A DNA stretch of 64,000 bases from Leucoraja erinacea (lineage: Eukaryota): positions 1,364,001 to 1,428,000 of the forward strand of contig NC_073410.1 in the NCBI RefSeq assembly GCF_028641065.1, written 5' to 3'. Positions 20,492 through 33,332 of this stretch are shown one piece after another. The notes beneath the pieces were generated by a model. It ran no database searches, was not told the origin of the DNA, and saw only the letters and a program-made list of their open reading frames with translations. How positions within the stretch are numbered: position 1 is the first letter of the stretch; every line of letters begins with the position of its first letter. Both the position numbers and the translations under genes were made by a program.

Positions 20492-23400
20492 GTAGGCTCA
20501 TCTCAGTTGATTCAGCACCTACAGGTAAGCTCATCTCAGTTGATTCAGCACCTACAGGTAAGCTCATCTCAGTTGATGCAGCACCTACAGGTAGGCTCAT
20601 CTCATTTGATTCAGCACCTGCAGGTAGACTCATCTCAGTTGATTCAGCACCTACAGGTAGACTCACCTCAGTTGATTCAGCACCTACAGGTAGACTCACC
20701 TCAGTTGATTCAGCACCTACAGATAGACTCAACTCAGTTGATTCAGCACCTACAGGTAGACTCATCTCAGTTGATTCAGCACCTACTATTAAACTTGGCT
20801 CGGACAAAACTCTGAACAGTAATAGCCCATTATCTGCTATTTGCACTTTATCCGTTTATTTATTTATTAAGAAGGAACTGCAGATGCTGGAGAAACTCAG
20901 CGGGTGCAGCAGCATCTATGGAGCGAAGGAAACGCCAATTCTCTGGATGTTTTCAAGAGAGAGTTAGATTTAGCTCTAAGGGCTAAAGGAATCAAGGGAT
21001 ATGGGGAAAAAGCAGGAACCGGGTACGGATTCTGGATGATCAGTCATGATCGTATTGAATGGTGGTGCTGGCTCGAAGGGCCGAATAGCCTACTCCTGCA
21101 CCTATTTTCTATGTTTCTAAAATGTCAAAATCCAATCCAGTATATTTACAAAGTGGGGACAAAGAGGAGTGAACAAATGCCTTAGATTAGTGCAAAATAT
21201 AGCTCTAGGTGTGACAGCAGAGGGCAGTGTAGGTCCATGGGAATGCAGAAAGCAGGAACACTGTCACAGAATTGAGCCAACAGCAGATACAGTCTGCTGC
21301 TGATGCCCAGCATTGCACTGGAAATATTGCTCACATTATTGCTGCTGAAGAAACTATTAATGGTGTCAAGAGTTTCCTTTGAACTTCAAATTCCTTTACT
21401 GATTTACTTACACAACCCTAATCTTACCTCAACCCACGCACCCCTATTCCTGCCTCTACACGAGAACATTCAGCCCAACCCCGGCACCATTCTGGACTTG
21501 TTTTATTTCTAATTGCTGTTTTGCAAGAATGTCCTGTTCACGCTGCATTGCATGAAGAAGGCACCAACATTGTCAAAAACACCTTTCCTTCTGCTCCCTT
21601 CTACCTTCTTGGAGAAGAAACGGAAGCTTGAAAGCCCGGATGTCTGAAAATAAAAATTAATGTACATGGGTGGGACAGGTTTAGAGGGAAATGGGCCATA
21701 AATGTTTTAAATTTCATGTGCGATGCTCCACTATTCACTGGGAAACGTCTTTTCATTTTGCACTGTACAACTGTTGCTTGCAAGATGACAATAAAGGTTG
21801 ATTGATTGATTGATAAGCAGGCAGGTGTTGTTCAAGATGGGCTGAAGGGCCTGTTTCCATGCTCTATGACTCTACAACCCCTTTGGCTATCAGACTCCTG
21901 AACCAATCATCTCTTTCACACCCTCTTGCCGAGATGTTGCCACATAATCTTAACTCAACCTCATTCATTTATTCCGTTGTTGCACTTTAGTTCGATCATC
22001 TTCAGATTGCATGACAATATTTGCACCATTCTGCTGTTTTGGATTCATTGTTCACTGTATAATTACCATATACAGTTTCCTTGGTGAACTACATGCAAAC
22101 AAGGAATTTCATAACACCCTGGTGTATATGATAATAAACTACCCCGAATCTGAACTATTTCTTCATGTACCCCTTGTTTTCAACTTCCCTGGCACTGGTT
22201 TTAAAGACAGCCAGAGTTGTTATCCCTGATGCCCTCGACAATATTTTTTACCCTCACTCAGTAGCCCTGATGGTTATCATGCACTTGTTTGTGGGAGCTA
22301 GTGTAAAAATTGGCTTCCCCATTTTCTACCTCTTTTCTGATTGCTGTGTTAGGAATCTGAATGGGTTAAAATCTAAAGAAACATTTTGACATTTACAGTC
22401 ATTTTGTTTGCAGCTTTGTAAAGGACTAAGGTCAATTGTTTCAAATTAGCTGTGGCTTCTGCACAAATGGTGAGCAAATTGAGTCCTGTAATGCAGCTGA
22501 GTTGATTGCCATGTTTATGCTGCTATGTGGTGGCACGTTATATGCCATCATTTAAATTGTTGCTTGCCCTTAAATTGCAGCTTGTCCTCGAATTGCCTCA
22601 ATCTCTCATCTAAAATAAAAATAAAATAAGCAGTATTCTTTTTATCCTGTCCTGCCATTAACATTTTCTTAAAATCTGCCTAGCAGTTTGCATCTTTGGC
22701 CAGGTAACGCAACTGACTGTTCTTAAGCTTCTACCAAGACAGACTTTGAGCAGTGTTTAATTTTATGTTTCTTCTCTCTCTCTCACCTCCAGATTGACTC
22801 CTATGGCCAGTGCCTGCAGAACAAGGAGCTGCCCAATCAGCGGCTGGTGGACACTCTGACAGCGACCACAGAAGATCCAGAGTTCATGGAATTCATCAGC
22901 AAGTACAAGTTTCACCTTGCCATGGAGAATGCGATCTGTGATGACTACATGACTGAGAAACTGTGGCGGCCCATGCACTTGGGAGTGGTGCCGATATACC
23001 GCGGGTCCCCTGTGGTGCAGGACTGGTTGCCCAATTCCCACTCTGTAATTCTGATCGACGACTTCCAATCTCCCAAAGACCTGGCAGACTATATCAATTA
23101 CTTGGATCAGAATGACGAGGAATACATGAAGTATCTGGAGTATAAAAAGCCAGGTGGCATCACTAACACTGTACTGGTGGAGAGTTTGGAGAAGCGGGAG
23201 TGGGGCGTGAATGACTTTAACAAGCCCAACTATTTGAACGGATTTGAATGCTATGTTTGCGATCAGGAGAACATGCGCCTGCAGGCAGAGAAGGCTCACC
23301 AGGAGCAACCTGATAAATTCCCCCCACCAGCCCCCAAGATGGCTGCGTATAATCACTTGGGATGCCCCGTCCCAGAGCCTGGGTTTGGAAGCTTCGATGA

Positions 23401-26400
23401 CATCCCTGACGATGACAGGTACGTCACCGGCATTCTCTCAAGGGTAGTTGAGTTTATTGTCATGTGTACTGAGGTGCGATGAAATGCTTTTGATGCTTGC
23501 TAACCTGCCAGTGGACAGACTGTACATGATTACAATCGAGCCGCTCACAGTGTACAGTTACAGGATAAAGGGAATAACGTTTAATGCAAGATAAAATCCA
23601 GTAATGTCTCATTAAAGATATGAAGGAAAGAACTGCAAATGCTGGTTTCAATCGAAGATAGACACAAAATGCTGGAGTAACTCAGGCACAGGCAGCATCC
23701 CTAGAGAGAAGGAATGGGTGATATTTTAGGTCGAGACCCTTCTTCAGACTGATGGATATTTTGGGTTGAGACCCTTCTGAATGATTAAAGATAGTCTGAG
23801 AGTCTCCAATGAGGTAGATGGGCGCACACATGCCTACTATGTTCTGTTGTGCTGAAGCAAAGCAAGAATTTCATTGCCCTATCAGGGACACATGACAATA
23901 AACTCACTTGAATCTTGAGTCTCTAGTTGATAGAATGGTTCAGTTGCCAGATAACAGCTGGGAAGAAACTGTTTCTGAATCAGGAGGTGTGCGTTTTCAG
24001 ACTTCTGTACCTCCAGTCTGATGGGAGAGGGGGGAATGTCCTTGATTATGCTAGTGGCCTTGCCAAGGCAACGTGAGGTGTGTCAATGCAAGTCAATGTA
24101 AGTAGTTTATTATTGCCACGTGTACCAAGGTACAGTAAAAATCTTGTGTCTGCATGCTATATAGTCAAAATAAAGACATTGCATGAGTACAGTCAAGTCG
24201 TGCACAGGTGTACATGTGTCCCAAGTTAATATTCCCTGCAACCTGAGCATGCGGCTAATGCTACATTTGAAAATCGCAACTTTTTTCCACTGTGTATCAT
24301 GTCATTTTGTTTCTGCATCTTTGTGAGCAGTAACCTGTGTGGAGTTGTTTGCTGCTACATACCAGGTGTGAGACAGCCACAGTGCATCATCCTATTTTAT
24401 TGAGTAATTAGATTCTGTATTCAGATTGAGTTCAATGTGAAAAATATACAGGCTTAGAGACTGGGTCACATTGCACCATTTTTCTACTATGTGGCCATCA
24501 AAAATAGCAAAATGACTTGCAGGAAGTCTGCACAGACATCAAACTGAAAGATGTAAAGATTATTGTGTTGAGCAAAGCCCATCGTACATAGGCTAAAACT
24601 TGGTCAGTCTTCAATGCAACAAATTGACATGGAGTACTGTGAGATGCAACACTGATGTTGCACTTAGTATAAGGTGAATAACCCAGCAACATTTCACTGC
24701 TAGTCAACCCCCTTCAATGGTGTACCAGACTAAAGTGTAGAATTACAAATGCTTCTCAAACCAAAGACCTAAAGCATTCCATGTTTTTCACATGCTTGAT
24801 TAAAGCAATACCCAAACTGCAAAAGTAGCTTGGAAATGCAGGGAGGAAAGGAATTGATCGATTCTGTGTATCATAATTGTGGCCAGCTACTGTTTAGGGT
24901 TGTAACTAAAGGTCACTAAATTGGAAACTAGCCCAGAACTGTTCAAATGCCATAAGTGGAACATTTGCGTTGAATAATGGTCAAAGATGAAATTGGCAGA
25001 CTGCAAGTAACTGAGCTCTCCGATGATCCATCGGCACGTCAGATTTATAGTAAAAGTTAAAGAGGATAAAGGGTTTCAGTAAAGTATCCTCAAGATCAAT
25101 GCTCAGTTGTCGTCACTGTAACCTTCAGAAGCCTAGTTGTAGGCCCCGAGTGTAGGAAAATACCAACGTTTTAAAGCCGAGCCGGTTTATGTTATATCAA
25201 GAAGATGTGAGAATTAAGCTTGAAAGTGTATTGATTTTGGCCAGAAGGGATGAACGAGGGGTATGGGTTGAATAGTTGTGAAATACTGTATTTGATCATT
25301 GATAGCGATACACTGAGCAGAGTATGTTTTGCTGCAGGCTGACCAATCTACTCAACATTTGTATTTGTTCTCTGCCTCTGACGTACTGTTTGGAATTATT
25401 TTACTTAGAGAGCTACCTTTATACATCCTATTTCTTTCACAAAGCATCATATAAATCCAAGTCTTTGTGAATGTAGGGGTTTAATTTAAAAAACGCCAAG
25501 ATATATATAAAAGGAAGATGAGGTGCTGGTAGATTTTTCTATTATCAATAAAGTAGCTAATGCTATGACTGTAAAAATATGTAAGTCAGAGAACTGCACA
25601 GCATATAAACAGGCACTTCAGCCCACTGAGTTCATGCCAACCAGCAATTCCCACACATTAACACTATCCTACACAGACTAGGAACAATTACATTTGTACT
25701 AAGCCAATTAACCAACAAACCTGTACGTTTTTGGAGTGCGTGGGGGTGGGGGGAAACCGCAGATCTCGGTCACGGGGAGACGTACAAACTCCGTACAGCC
25801 AGCACCTGTAGTCGGGATGGAACCCGGGTCCCTGGCGCTGTGAGGCAGCAACTCTACCTATGCTCCAGTGTGCCATCCTATTGTCATTTGCCTGCATTTG
25901 GTCCATCGCCCTCAAAACCATTTCCATCTATCTATCTGACCAAATGTCCTTCAATAATACTGGAAGGTAGACAAAAATGCTGGAGAAACTCAGCGTGTGA
26001 GGCAGCATCTATGGAGCGAAGGAATAGGTGACATCTGGTTGAGACCCTTCAGACTGATGTGGGGGTGGGGGGGGGACAGGAAGAAGATAGGAAGAGGCAG
26101 AGACAGTTGGCTGTGGGAGAGCTGGGAAGGGGAGGAGAAGGAGGGAGAAAGCAAGGACTACCTGCAATTGGAGAAGTCAATGTTCATACCGCTGGGGTGT
26201 AAACTACCCAAGCGAAATATGAGGTGCTGCTCCTCCAATTTGCGGTGGGACTCACTCTGGCCATGGAGGAGGCCCAGGACAGAAAGGTCGGATTCAGATT
26301 GGGAGCGGGATTTGAAGTGCTAAGCCAACATTTCTCCAGCATTTTTGTGTACCTTCAATTTTTCCAGCATCTGCAGTTCTTTCTTAAACATTTAATAATA

Positions 26401-29400
26401 TTGGAATGCTGTAGAATTAACTGTATGTAGAAAGTTTTTTCTTTTGATTAAACATTAGTGATTTCTTCATTAAAATGTATTGCCAAACAAGGTTATCTGT
26501 ATTTAAGAAGGAACTGCAGATGCTGGAGAACAGGCTTACAGCTGATAATTTTGGAATTCTGATCCCCAACATTCAGACTCCCATGGATCGACCCATCATT
26601 TAAGCCAGCCACATTTCATTTCTTTAAAATGGCCATTAAATAAATTGTTCTTTCCGTCTAATAATATAAAGTACATTCCGCGCTTAATATTTCCTTTCTC
26701 TGTTCAGTTTCTGAAGCCTCTCTTTTATCATGATTCAAGGATACATTCACTTTGCCTTTCTCCAACACAATTGTGTGGCTGTGTAGTGTTTTCTAAAGGA
26801 GACTTAACAGAATTAAAGTCAGAACTAATTTCCATCTTTCTTTGTGCAGCCATTGTGCAGATTTTACTGTAAGTAGAGACAACAACCTGGCTGCTCAACA
26901 CCCAGCTTGAGATCTAACTATTCCTTTGGTTTATGTTTCATTCGCAAGAAGAAGAAGACTGTAGGTACATCAAATCTTTGATTGAAATAATTGAAAGATA
27001 CAGCATGGATACAGGCCCTTTGGCCCACCGACTCCATGCTGACCATTGATCATCTGTGCAAATGAGTTCTATGTTATCCCACTTTCACATCCACTCCGTA
27101 CATTCTAGGGGCAATTTGCACAAGCCAATTAACCTACAAACCTGCACATGGACACCGGGAGAATGTGCAAACTCCACACAGACAGCACCCAAGGTCAGGA
27201 TCAAACCCGGGTCTCTGGCACTGAGGCAGCAGCTCTACCGGCTGTGCCACTGTGCAGAACGTAACTAGGCAGCTAGGCTATGAAGCATGAAGACAATATT
27301 TGGGGATATGGGTAGTAAATCAGTCTCAAAGTGACATTCTGCAAGGATTGTTGATGGGATCATTGTCATTTTCCATTTATTGTGAATAGCACTAAATTGA
27401 AGGGGTAGATAATTTTGAGGAAGTCCAATAAGGTACAAGAAGATATTGATCACTTGCAGAATTGATGGCTAATTGGCAAATAAAATTTGATAACATGGGT
27501 ATGAGGTTATACGTTTTCAACAAGAGTATGGAATATATACATGAATATAGAAAATCCATGAGACACGTCTTGAGCCAGAGATTGGTGAACTCACTAATGG
27601 AAGTGAGAAGCTCGAAATTAGAATAGAATAGTTTCTTTATTGTCATTGTAACATGAACCATGTACAACAAAATTTAAAAATGTCAGCCAGTCAGTGCACC
27701 ATTCAAACATTTCTAAAAGCTAACGATACATATAAGATAAAATATTAAAAGATAAACAACTAAAATAAATATCATGAAAATAGCACGCATAAACACCCAA
27801 CCCTCCATCCTTCTGTCGATTTCCAGTGTACCACAGTCCCTTAGTATGTATCGCCCCTGCGTTCCTTGGCAGCTACATTTAGTGCTTTTATAGCAGTGGG
27901 GTAAAAACTGTTTATTAGTCAGTTCGTCCTTGTCCTTGTAGATCTGTACCGTCTGCCTGACGGCAACAGTTCAAACAGGGAGTGTCCGGGGTGGGAAATG
28001 TCCTTTATAATACTCTGGGATTTTTTGATGCAGCGGGAACTGTGTAAGCCCTCCAAGGTAAGGAGAGGGCAGCCGACAATCCTCTGGGTGAAATCATTGA
28101 ATAAGAAGCTGCATAAACACACGCGAGAAGGAAATAGACGGAATACCTTTTGGATTAGATGGACAAGAGTTAGCTTGTAAGAAATATAAACACTGACATA
28201 AAATAGATGGGCTGATTGGCCCATAACCATGCTGCACATTCTGCGTACTACATTGTTTAAGAAGGAACTGCAGATGCTGGAAAATCGAAGGTAAACAAAA
28301 GTGCTGGGGAAACTCAGCGGGTGCAGCAGCATCTATGGAGCGAAGGAAATAGGCAACGTGTCGTCCCGAAACGTTGCCTATTTCCTTCGCTCCATAGATG
28401 CTGCTGCACCCGCTGAGTTTCTCCAGCACTTTTGTCTACCTGTGTATTACATTGTTCAACCCTCTTCCTGTCTATTTTGCAGCTCTACCACTCAGTGACT
28501 TACTCCGATTAAAAAGCTAATTAACTAAATTGTCTTGACTGGCGCAATTTAATTAAATCATACCTTCAGTCTTCATTAGAGGTCCCTAAAGGGTGCTTCT
28601 TTCAACGGAAATGAATTCTGTGTCATACGCCATAGAATGGTGACTGAGTCACTGTGTCTTTGAAAGATGGATTTCACATGCTGTAATATAATTAGGAAGC
28701 AGAACTAGATTATTCAAGGACATTGTTTAGATTCTTCATAATGCACTACCCTTGCATTCATCTCAATAAAAGCAAAACATTTCACCCTTTTTGATTATCC
28801 ATTCTCAAAACTATGAATCAGTTTTCCAGTTGGTCTCCCTGGAGATAATTTACTATTCCGACAGAGCAGGTGTCATGTATTTTAAGTGATATAAAAATTA
28901 TAACTTCTACAAAACAAAATATTGGGGCATTAAATCATCTCAGAATGGGCAAGTGTTGCTAAGATATCCCCACCAACATACGTGAAGGTCATTTGGACTA
29001 TTGAGTCAACATAATTTCTCAAACATTTCCATTCATCTCTCTTTCCCCCCTCCCACCCCAACCGCTGATTATTCTACCGTTATACACTTGGGAAAATGTA
29101 CAGTTAACCAACCAGCATGACTTTGGCATGTGAGAGGATACCAGAGTTCCCGGGGGAAAATCACAGAGAGAACAAAGAGCATCCGTGAACAAGATTGAAC
29201 CCGGCTTAGTAGAAACAAGGAATTGCAGACGCTGGTTTACAAAAATGACACACAGTGCTGGAGTAACTAAGCAGGTCAGGCAGCATCTCCAGAGAACATG
29301 GACAGGTGACCTATCATGTTCTCCAGAGGCACTGGTTGACTCACTGAATTACTCCATCAATTTGTGTCATTTATTGAACCTAGGTTGTTGGATCTGTGCA

Positions 29401-32400
29401 GACACAGCATTAACTGTGCTGGGGCAGGAGCTGCAACCTTCAATGGTCCGCCCTGTTTCGACTAATACAATCAACCCGGCGTGCTCAATCAAAGAAGATC
29501 AAATAGAACAAGTTGTCCTACAACTTTAGGCTGTGCACGCCATAGGCAAGAAGAAGAGACCCTGGTCACTCCCTCTTCCCGCATCTATTGCTGGGCAAAT
29601 GGTACAAAAGCTTGAAGGCACATTCCTCCAGATTTGTGCCGATCAAGATGCCCCATCTAAGCCAGTCCCACTTGCCTGCATTTGGTCCATGTCCCATTGA
29701 ACCTAGTGTGAAGTATTGCATGACAGGATTAAGAATGAGAATAGGAACTAAGAAACCTTCCATACTAGCAAAGTACACCAAGATGCCTCATAGGAGCACG
29801 GTTTGACACTAAACCATGCAAGGAGATATTTAGATGGGAAACTAAAAGCTTGTCAGATTAATAGATTACAAGAAGCTTTTTAAAGCAGGTGCGGGAAAAA
29901 TGCACCATAGGACTTGGCAGCTGAAGACATGACCACTAATGATGGAGCAATTATAATCAAGGCTGAACAAATCCAATGGGTAAGATGTAAAAGGAGCAGA
30001 GGGAAAGTGCCCATATATACAGTTTGCTCAGCTAACTCTAAATAGGGCTGCAGTCTGAAGAAGGGTTTTGAACGAAAGCTTTGCCATTCATGCATGCTCT
30101 TGGCGGATTCCGCCTGACCCGTTGAGTTACTCAAGCATTTTGTGTCTTTCCTTGGTAAACCAGCATCTGCAGTAGGTTTCCTACGAACAGGGCTATTTCA
30201 CATTAAAAAAATTAAAGTCAAACTTTGGTGTCAAAGATCATTGAGAGCACCAACACTAATGACTTCTTCCCACTTTTGATAGATGATTTGTTTCTGTCAA
30301 CCATCCCCGTCATAAATGCTGACTGGTGTCACCGAAGCTTGGTTATACTGAAACTGGTGACAGAATGCACGATATACAAACATTGGCTTCTTCAGGGACT
30401 GCAGTCAAAGTATGTCATTTATCTTTTAGTTGAAGGTTTTGTCCCATGTTTTTGCAGTCAAGGTGAACTCTTTAGTGAGCACTGTAATAATACTGAATGG
30501 ATCAGTAGAACACTGGGGTGGAAGATTGCAACCTTCACGTGGTCCACCCTGTTTCGACTAATGCAATCAACTAGACGTGCACAAACAGAAGATCAAATAG
30601 AACAAGTTGTCCTACAACTTTAAGCTGTGCACGCCACACGAAAGAAGAAGAAGAGTAGAACACTCATGTTTCTTTGGGTAATATGGTCTTAGAAACATAG
30701 AAAATAGGTGCAGGAGTAGGCCATTCAGCCCTTCGAGCCTGCACCGCCATTCAATATGATCATGGCTGATCATCCAACTCAGTATCCTGTACCTGCCTTC
30801 TCTCCATACCCCCTGATCCCTTTAGCCACAAGGGCCACATCTAACTCCCTCTTAAATATAGCCAATGAACTGGCCTCAACTACCTTTTGTGGCAGAGAAT
30901 TCCAGAGATTCACCACTCTCTGTGTGAAAAATGTTTTCCTCACTTTGCACTTCCTCTTGTTTGCACTTTGTCAGTATCTCTTGTGACATTTAAAATTAAA
31001 GCATTTTTTATACAGAATTGCAATTGATTCCGACCTTGACGGTGGGTGTTTACAAGTGAACTGTCCAGCAACTTATTCTAACTTCCCACCATTGTCATGG
31101 TGAAATGGCCCAAACAGGGAACAAAACATCATTTATCTGATTGTAATTGAAGTCAGGAGCAGGCTGAAATCTGTGATGTTTAGGGTCGAGACTAGAGTCC
31201 CCCTAGTCCTCACCTTTCACCCCACCAGCCGTCACATACAAAAGGTAATCCTCCGTCAGCTTCGCCACCTCCAACGTGACCCCACCACTCGCCACATCTT
31301 CCCATCTCCCCCCATATCTGCCTCCGCAAAGACCGCTCCCTCCATAACTCCCTTGTCAATTCTTCCCTTCCCTCTCGTACCACCCCCTCCCCGGGCACTT
31401 TCCCTTGCAACCGCAAGAGATGCAACACTTGTCCCTTTACCTCCCCCCTCGAGATATTGAATGGCCGAAGGGCCGAATGGCCTACTCCTGCACCTATTTT
31501 TCGATGTTGTTTTCTACGTTCTCCCCTCAACCTTAGACAGTCAGTGGGAGGTGCAGGTAGATGGGTGGAAGGATAAGGACATGAGTAATTGAAACTAATC
31601 ACTATTCTTGTAGGAGATGTGTCTTTGTAACAAGACCATTATCATTGCACAATACGTCTTTTTGAAGTAATTGATCACAATGTCATACTTGTTTACAAAA
31701 AGCCATCCTTGTCCAAGTTTGAAACTAATGTACATTTTCATTAAATGTAATAAAGCGGATGATTCACATTTCTAAATCTCAAATCTCTACCGCCCACTTC
31801 AGTAAGTTGCTGGTTGGCATTCGAATCTTTTCTGGAGATTTAAGTGTACAATTCATTGTTTAATCATCGAAGAATCTAAGTGGCTTTAAATTCATCCCAT
31901 TATATCTATATTAGCTTTATTATTATTATTATTATTGTTAATTAAGTCATGACTTAATTCCCACACTGACCTTTCTGTCCTGGGCCCCCTCCATTGCCAG
32001 AGTGAGGCCACACACGCAAACTGGAGGAACAGCACCTCGTATTCTGCTTGGGTAGCTTTAACGGAATGATCATTGAATTATGCAACTGTAGGCAACCAAC
32101 CTACAAACCAATGTCAGAATTGCTGGAGGTTTAAGGTAGCTCTACAGATGTGCACAGACGTGCCATCCCTCAATGTTTAGTTGAACATTGGATATTCACT
32201 ATGTAACTTGCGATTGCTTTTGCGGGATCAATAATTCTTGTTCATCCTCTCCCATTTACTGGCCAATTGCTAATATTGTTTAATTTTTTTTTTTTTTTGG
32301 AACAGTTGGAAACAAATGTGGCAGCAAGACTACTGGCAGAGTGCCGACCAAGCTGAAGCATTGGCTACTATGATTCTCCGCAATGAATCCGATGCCAGTA

Positions 32401-32450
32401 AACTGTGGGATTACGTCCATCAATTGATGATGAAGAGGAGCAAACACTAA
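19568..32450 (+). CDS. FUT11: Fucosyltransferase 11 (GT10 family; protein O-fucosyltransferase POFUT4), 3 exons, 564 aa
   Basis: Exons 19568-20491, 22793-23418, 32306-32450 (1695 nt). Kozak GCCATGG and an N-terminal hydrophobic anchor. Motifs [29 protein letters not shown], the GT10 motif [23 protein letters not shown] and the C-terminal [12 protein letters not shown]. Adjacent to CHCHD1 as in human. Confidence 0.95.
20471..20786 (+). repeat. 33-bp minisatellite (about 9.5 copies) spanning the FUT11 exon 1/intron 1 junction
   Basis: Unit CAGTTGATTCAGCACCTACAG|GTAGRCTCATCT; junctions at 20492, 20525, 20558, 20591, 20624, 20657, 20690, 20723 (AT), 20756. Confidence 0.95.
22793..23418 (+). CDS. 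FUT11: FUT11 exon 2
   Basis: Polypyrimidine tract ...cacctccag| [14 protein letters not shown]...FDDIPDDD |gtacgt. Confidence 0.95.
25962..26390 (-). mobile_element. Penelope-like element 3' region with inverted terminus
   Basis: Minus strand encodes GIY-YIG C-terminus ([24 protein letters not shown]); ends are in inverted orientation. Confidence 0.75.
27617..28090 (-). mobile_element. Rex1/Babar-like LINE 3' end
   Basis: [55 protein letters not shown]; microsatellite tail. Confidence 0.75.
30515..30653 (+). mobile_element. Unclassified ~135-bp SINE-like element with (AAG)n tail
   Basis: 11-bp TSD AGTAGAACACT; further copies at 10780-10901(-), 29421-29556(+), 41188-41615(-), 48325-48449(-). 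Confidence 0.8.
31190..31450 (+). mobile_element. Penelope-like element fragment (RT-to-endonuclease linker)
   Basis: [40 protein letters not shown]. Confidence 0.75.
32306..32450 (+). CDS. FUT11: FUT11 exon 3
   Basis: Poly-T tract, aacag| (S)[47 protein letters not shown]. Confidence 0.93.
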
Positions 32451-32997
32451 CGCTGGGATTAAAGCTATTTGCAAATCCTACTTAAAAATCATGCCAGCAA
32501 AGGACATACACTGCCCATCATGTGTGACTGGACGATCATGTTGACATATATAGATCCATTTTCATTGAGAACAATTTCTTACGATTTTATATATTTCTAA
32601 AAAGCATCTTGTATTCAATATGTTTATAATTGTACAAAAGTAGCAGCTTTTTATACTGTTACGTGTTTCATCGTCTATTTTGTAATACAGAAGTCAGATC
32701 AGAGGTCAGATTCGGTGCACTTTTAATGTATCTCCACTCACGCTGACTTCTGTTCTGCCAGCTGACCTGTGAAGTCAGGACCAAGTGTAATCTCAGACGA
32801 ACCAGGATAAGAAATCTAATGGCTAGATAAACCAAAACGCACATATATGATGTAATCCTCATAAAAACACAAAGTGCTGGAGTAGCTCAGTGCGTGAGCC
32901 AGCATTGCTGGAGAACATGGATAGGCGACGTTTTGGGTCTGTATAAATGTTTCGATCAGGACCCTTCTGACTCAAACCTACGTCACCATAGATCCAC

Positions 32998-33332
32998 TGT
33001 GAGTTACTCCAGCACTCTGTGAAACTCACCTATCCTGTTCTCCCAGGTGCTGAGTTACTCCAGCACTCTGTGAAACGTCACCTATCCATGTTCTCCACAG
33101 ATGCTGCCTGACCCGCTGAGTTACTCCAGCACTCTGTGAAACGTCACCTATCCATGTTCTCCACAGATGCTGCCTGACCCGCTGAGTTACTCCAGCACTC
33201 TGTGAAACGGCACCTATCCATGTTCTCCACAGATGCTGCCTGACCCGCTGAATTTCTCCAGCACTCTGTGAAACGTCACCTATCCATGTTCTCCACAGAT
33301 GCTGCCTGACCCGCTGAGTTACTCCAGCACTT
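32998..33332. repeat. 64-bp tandem array derived from a Penelope terminus
   Basis: Unit ctgtgaaacgtcacctatccatgttctccacagatgctgcctgacccgctgagttactccagcact, about 5 copies. Related arrays at about 41700-42345, 53935-54165 and 63320-63710. Confidence 0.9.

Noticed and set aside
20492-20815. C-terminal [11 protein letters not shown] repeat domain of ORF 19562-20815
   Set aside because: Read-through into intron 1; FUT11 homology resumes at 22793.
32998-33332. CRISPR-like appearance of regular repeats
   Set aside because: Head-to-tail units with no unique spacers, no cas genes, and a vertebrate context.
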